Source: the human T2T-CHM13v2.0 reference genome, Homo sapiens
Direction: 5' to 3' (one strand)
DNA: 64,000 bases
NCBI RefSeq assembly: GCF_009914755.1
Contig: NC_060934.1
The notes under the pieces were generated by a model, which saw only the letters and a program-made list of their open reading frames with translations, made no database searches and was not told the origin of the DNA. The translations under genes were made by a program, and so were the position numbers. Positions 58,219 through 64,000 of this stretch are shown in pieces. Within the stretch, counting starts at the first letter, position 1, and each line of letters begins with the position of its first letter.

Positions 58219-61200
58219 GTAAGTATTATGCTTTTTTTTAATGGAAGCTTCGAAACATACACTTAATTAGCATAATGTAATGAACCCCTTGTGCAATTCA
58301 TTCAGCCACATGTATCCAATCTTGTTTTATTGTCATTTTTCTTCTTAGAGTATTAAAATCAAATCTCAGACATGACATTTTGCCCATAAATGTCATTATC
58401 TTTAACTTCTTCCATAATTCAGATATTTTCTGTAAACTGGTAAATAACACTTGTAAATGAATATATTCAAGTTCCTGTCTTAGTTAAGAATACCAGTGCT
58501 TTGTTCTCATATTTTTCGTCATACCAGGAGGCACATCGTATCTGGATTTCTTATTTCCAGTGAGCTAAGATTAATCAAGATAATGTTATAAAGTGTCTTG
58601 TCAGCCTTCATCCTTTACTTAACACGATGATTTATTTTATTTTATTTTATTTTTTTGGAGACAGAGTCTTGCCCTGTCGCCCAGGCTGGAGTGCGCTGAC
58701 ACGATCTCAGCTCACTGCAACCTCAGCCTCCTGGGTTCAAGGGATTCTCCTGCCTCAGCCTCCCTAGTAGCTAGTATTACAGTCGCCTGCCACCACACCT
58801 GGCTAATTTTTGTATCTTTAGTAGAGACAGGGTTTCGCCATGTTGGCCAGGCTGGTCTTGAACTCCTGATTTCAGGTGTTGTGCCCACCCCAGCCTCCCA
58901 AAGCACTGGGATTACAGGCATGAGCCACTGCACCAAGCCTAACGTGGTGATTTTTAGTATCCCTTGAAAGTGGCTGATAAGAACCATTATTAACTTAATC
59001 ATTGCAAAATGGTGATTTTTCTTGTTCTGTCATTCTTTTATTAGCTGGGTTATTTAAGAACTTTCCCTTACAGTTTCCCTGAGATAGAAGAGAGCCAGGA
59101 TATATTGCTTCTTTTTTTTTTTTTTATCAGTTTTTAGAATACCACCTTATGATCTGATGCCTACAGTGATGACCATGAATTATTTTGAAAACAAAAATAA
59201 TATTTTGTACTTCATAATTTCCTAATTATTTTACAACATATTACTGTCGTCTAGGCTATTGATTATTTGTCTGTTGCATCTGTATGGTGGAGATACTGTA
59301 TAATCTTTTTTTCCCAACTGTATTCCGTGACATTTTGGTCTTTTGAAATTGGTGATGGCAGTAACATTCATATCACGGATACAGGCAGAAACTAGAAACC
59401 CCAGTCTTTGTTTTTAACAAAAAAGGGTCTTGCTTTGTATTCCTGGCTAGAATGCAGGAGTGCGACTATAGCTCATTGCAGCCTAAAAGTCCTGGGCTCA
59501 AGGGATCCTCCAGCCTCAGCCTTTGGAGTAAGCTGGGATTATAGGCATGAGCCATTGTGCCTCAGTTTTTGTTTTTTTTGAGACCCAATTGTTAAACATT
59601 TACCTGCGTGGCACTGGCTACAGTGTCATGATATCTTATTTTCAAATATGTTGTTCATTTTAAAATTCAATTCTGTGTCTTATTGAATCAAAATAAAATA
59701 TATTGGTTGGAAGTTTTTTTTTTTTTTTTTTTAATCAGATGTATTTTCCAAACATTTTCTTCTACTCTGGCCTGTCTCTTCACTTACTTACTTAGTATCT
59801 TCTGAAGAGCAAAAGTTTTAAATTTTAATGAATTTCAATTTTAACAAATTTTTTTCTGTTCACTCATGATTTTTATGTCATCTGTAACTACTCTTTGCCT
59901 AATTCAAGGTGTTGATATTTTCTTTTAATAGTTTTATAGTTTTTGCTCTTACATTTAGATCTATGATCTATTTTCAATGAATTTTCATCTTTTTGCATGT
60001 CAATATTAATTTGTTAAAAAGATGATCCTTTTTCTATTGGATGGCCTTGTCATCCTTGATGCAAATAATTTGATCATAAATATAAGGATTTATTTCTGTA
60101 TTCTCAATTCTGTCCCATTGATCTCTGTGGTATTCCTATGCCAGTATCGCACTGATTTAATTAAGGTAGCTTTATGGGAAGTGTACTTTCTCTAGTTTTG
60201 TTCTTTTTCAAAATTGTTTTAGATATTCTGGATTATTTGCATGTTTATTTGAGTTTTAACTTTGAAATAGTTTAGGGAGAAATATGAGACATACAGCATC
60301 ATGGTCAAATCTAAACTATATTAAAAAACAACATTATGTGAGGCATGTAAGGACTGTTTAACATCTGATAATATAATTCATATCAATTAAATAATGGAGA
60401 ACTAGATGATCACCTAATTAGATACCAAAAACCAACTTGCCATAATATCGTAATCATCTTCATAATTTTTTTTTATTTGAGACAAAGTCTCGTTCTGTCA
60501 CCGAGGCTGGAGTTCAGTGGTGTGATCATGGCTCACTGCAGCTTTAACCTGCTGGGCTCAATCAATCCCCACACCTCAGCCTCCCAAGTTGCTGGGACTG
60601 CAGGTGTGATTACTATGTCCTGCTAATTTTGTTTTGTGTATTTTGTAGAGACAGGGGTTTGCCATGTTGCTCAAGCTGGTCTCACACTCCTGGGCTCAAG
60701 TGATCTGTCTGCCTCATCCTCCTAAAGTGCTGGCATTATCGAAACTGCTTTTATTTGCAAGTGGTCTGGTTTGATTATCTTCATAGGAAGTCCAAGGGAA
60801 TCCAGAATCTTTTAAAATAGAATTTAAGAAGATTGCTTATTAATAATATGTGTAACAGCAATAATTGTTTAATAATGAAGGTTTTTACAACAGCTACAAA
60901 ATTAACATGCCTACAATTAAAGTTTAACAATTTTTAACATGTTTATATAAGGACAGAATTATGAAACATTGAAGGACGTTAATAGAAAGACTGAGTAAAC
61001 ATGCAGATTTAGCTGTATTTGTGGATATGAATGGTTACTACAAAGTGTAAGTCAGTGGTCCCCAAAACTAACTTATATTCTTGAATTTTTCTTCTAATTA
61101 AAATCCCAGAATGATGGCTGGGTGTGGTGGCTCATGCCTATAATCCTATCACTTTGGGAGGCTGAGGCAGGTGGATTGCCTGAGCTCAGGAGTTAGAGAC

Positions 61201-61291
61201 CAGCCTGGGCAACACGGTGAAACCCTGTCTCTACTAAAATAGAAAAAATTAGCGGGGCATGGAGGCATGTGCCTATAATCCCAGCTACTCA

Positions 61292-61456
<165 letters not shown>

Positions 61457-62634
61457 TTATATGAGAGAGTAATAAAGGGCCAGAACCAAGACAGTTTTGA
61501 AGCACAAGATATTCTATACCAGGTATAAAGTCTTATTAAAAATTTAAAAGTCATAATAATCAAGATGGTAGAATTAGCACATGGTGTGATATATTGGCTA
61601 GAAGTACAATATGGTGAATCTAGAAAGACAACTTTCACGAAAAGCTAATAAATGTGAAATGGAACTTCAAACAACTGATAGGAAATTCCTATTAATCAAT
61701 AGATGATCTGGGGAAATAGTAATTAATAGGGGAAAAATTAACTTAGATTCTCCTCTCCTCACACTGCACTTACAAACTTCAGATAAATTAACAATCCACG
61801 TGTTCAAAACCTAAATATTAAAGGTAGAATTTTAACCTAAAAAGACAAGAAAATATATTTATGATTTTAGAATTAGAATTCTTTATAATACAGAAATCAC
61901 AAATTATATGATAGGTTTCATAGATTTTAATTACATTAATAGGAAAGACTACTATAAGACAGATGACACCATAAAGAGATAAGAGACAAACCACAAATAA
62001 TATTTGCAACATATAACAGGAAGTGTTTAGGATATGCAAGTAAATAAAAGTTGATAATGAAAACGGATAATATAAGAGCAGGCTATTACCAAGAGAGAAA
62101 GAAATGTCTGATGAACAGACAAGGATGATTAGAAATCAGTAATACAAATGAAAATCAGATTTCATTTCACAGCTGTCATGTTGATAAAAATTTAGGAGAC
62201 TACATATTGTCATTGATTCAAAATGTTTCTCAAGGTAAGCTTTTTGTGGTGTGTTTTCAGCTATTAAACGAATCGTGATTGGGCCTCTTTTTAAAACGTT
62301 TCTGACAACATGATTCAAATTGATATTATTTATTGCTCTTTGACTTGTTTATCTTACCTTAAATTCAGCAAAAGCGATTTTGACTAGCAAACTGATGCTT
62401 TAGATTGTATGCTCCCAAGAGTCTGATTCTAGTTGTTGTATTAAGAATAGTGTACCTTTTTGCTTTCACTGCTATTAAATCTTGGTGATTAAGGAAGAGA
62501 GTGCCCTGTATTACTGTGAGTTTTATAATTTTGGACAGATGACTCACTTCTCATAACATCATATTGGATGTTTCTTTTACGATTTCTTCTTCTTATACTT
62601 CTAAAATGTACCTGTTTTAATGTTTTTCCCTTAG

Positions 62635-62729
62635 ATCAAATGAATGCTTCAGGACCAATTAAAGAGAAGATGGGGATATTCAAGATATTAGAAAATTCTG
62701 AAGATTCCAGTCCTGAATGTTTGTTTTAA
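62635..62729 (+). CDS. HELLS: HELLS exon 22, coding part (QMNASG...SPECLF*)
   Basis: ttag| acceptor; TAA at 62727-62729; brings the CDS total to 2517 nt. Confidence 0.97.
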
Positions 62730-63183
62730 AGTGGAGCTCAAGAATAGCTTTTAAAAGTTCTTATTTACATCTAGTGATTTCCCTGTATTGGGTTTGAAAT
62801 ACTGATTGTCCACTTCACCTTTTTTATTATATCAGTTGACATGTAACTAGTACCATGCGTACTTAAATAGATGGTAATTTTCTGAGCCTTACCAAGAACA
62901 AAGAAGTATCCATATTAAGTTTAGATTTTCAGTTAATTTTTGAGACTGAGTAGTATTCTTGGATACAGGCTGATGTGTACTTAACCACTTCCAGATTTAT
63001 ACAGTCTTCCTGTGGAAGTTTAGTAAATGTCTTTTTCCCTCCTTTCTTCTAGTAATGCAGTTCATGGGCTTTAGGTACTTCAGTTATGAAGTAGGCTTTT
63101 CATGGGGAGAGATTGGGATTATGCTCTCTGTTGTTTAAGAAACTGTTTGATTTTAGAGTCTATTTCTATGAGATAGTTTACCA

Positions 63184-63300
63184 AATAAATGTTCCTTATA
63201 AGATGATCTCATTAAATTATTTCTTCAGGAATAGCTTAGGTGCAATAATAGCAAAAGACTTGGCTGTCGGTAGGATTTGGTTATTTTGTTTTCTTGGTTT
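63184..63300 (+). terminator. HELLS: Polyadenylation region of the HELLS 3'UTR: AATAAA 63184-63189, ATTAAA 63211-63216, downstream GU/U-rich tract at about 63270-63300
   Basis: Canonical hexamers about 450 nt after the stop, upstream TGTA elements and a downstream T-rich element; another AATAAA at 63904-63909. Confidence 0.7.
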
Positions 63301-64000
63301 CATTCACTAGTACTATAGGAGTGTGTCATATAGAGATTTCAAGTGGACATTGTGTTAGCACAAGAGAAGTTTCTGAATGAAACTTTAGGGTCTTGAGAAA
63401 CGACTAGAAATTGGAAATGGTAGTGTATCATGCAAAACAAGACAGACCCTGAAAATTTATAGTAGTGGGTTAACTAGAACCAAATATAAGAGAATAGGCC
63501 TTAGGAATATGTAAGTAATGCACAATCTGTAATAGAACAGCATAAAGGCCAAAAGAGGCACAATTTAGACCCTGTGTGAAAGGATATCAGACAATGAGGA
63601 AGAGAAATCCTGAATGTACCCTGGAGAGGGGACATACTCCATAAGCCATACATTTCTGTGTTAGTGTTTATTTCATGGAAAAATATTGCTGTTGCCATGT
63701 ATATTCAAATGCAGATCAGATGATCTGTTAAGGATAATGGAACCGTCACTTAAGAAAAACTTAATTTTTTTTCCCTGTGTCCTATTGGCACAGGTCTTTT
63801 CTTTTAAATTTTTATTTTAATCGTTTTGAGGTACAGGTGGGTTTTGGTTACATGGATAAGTTCTTTGGTGGTGAAGAAAAACTTCAGATAGAACATTTGG
63901 TTAAATAAAAGACTATAGAGCAGGTTTATTTGTTTTTTAAGTCAAAATGTTAACCCATTACATAAGCATGCTGACCTAGGCTTGCTTGAAACTCGTGATC

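Overview
Human genomic DNA (Alu-dense, with a human-specific AluYb8) containing the complete HELLS gene (LSH/PASG/SMARCA6, an SNF2-family chromatin remodeller) on the + strand. I traced 22 coding exons with GT..AG boundaries by hand, from ATG 7034 to TAA 62727-62729. They sum to 2517 nt (838 aa plus stop) and contain the SF2 helicase motifs [27 protein letters not shown] and [11 protein letters not shown]. The CpG-island promoter has two E2F sites, GC boxes overlapping a five-tract G-quadruplex motif, and a TMTCGCGANR (BANP-type) motif. Introns and the upstream flank are mostly Alu, L1, L2/MIR, LTR (THE1, MER21-like, MER66-like) and DNA-transposon fossils (MER1A, MER82, MER58A, MER20, Tigger4). 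Most ORFs on the supplied track are Alu read-throughs or exon-intron read-throughs. I found no new autonomous biological system. The most notable signals are: (i) competing splice donors inside HELLS exons, several giving in-frame deletions of the N-terminus or ATPase segments; (ii) a 44-nt poison exon built from an L2/L1 junction; (iii) a candidate exon sterically exclusive with exon 3; (iv) fold-back and templated-insertion repair scars; (v) a nested MER1A/Alu/AluYb8 insertion stack. Repeat subfamily names come from recalled consensus sequences and their boundaries are approximate.
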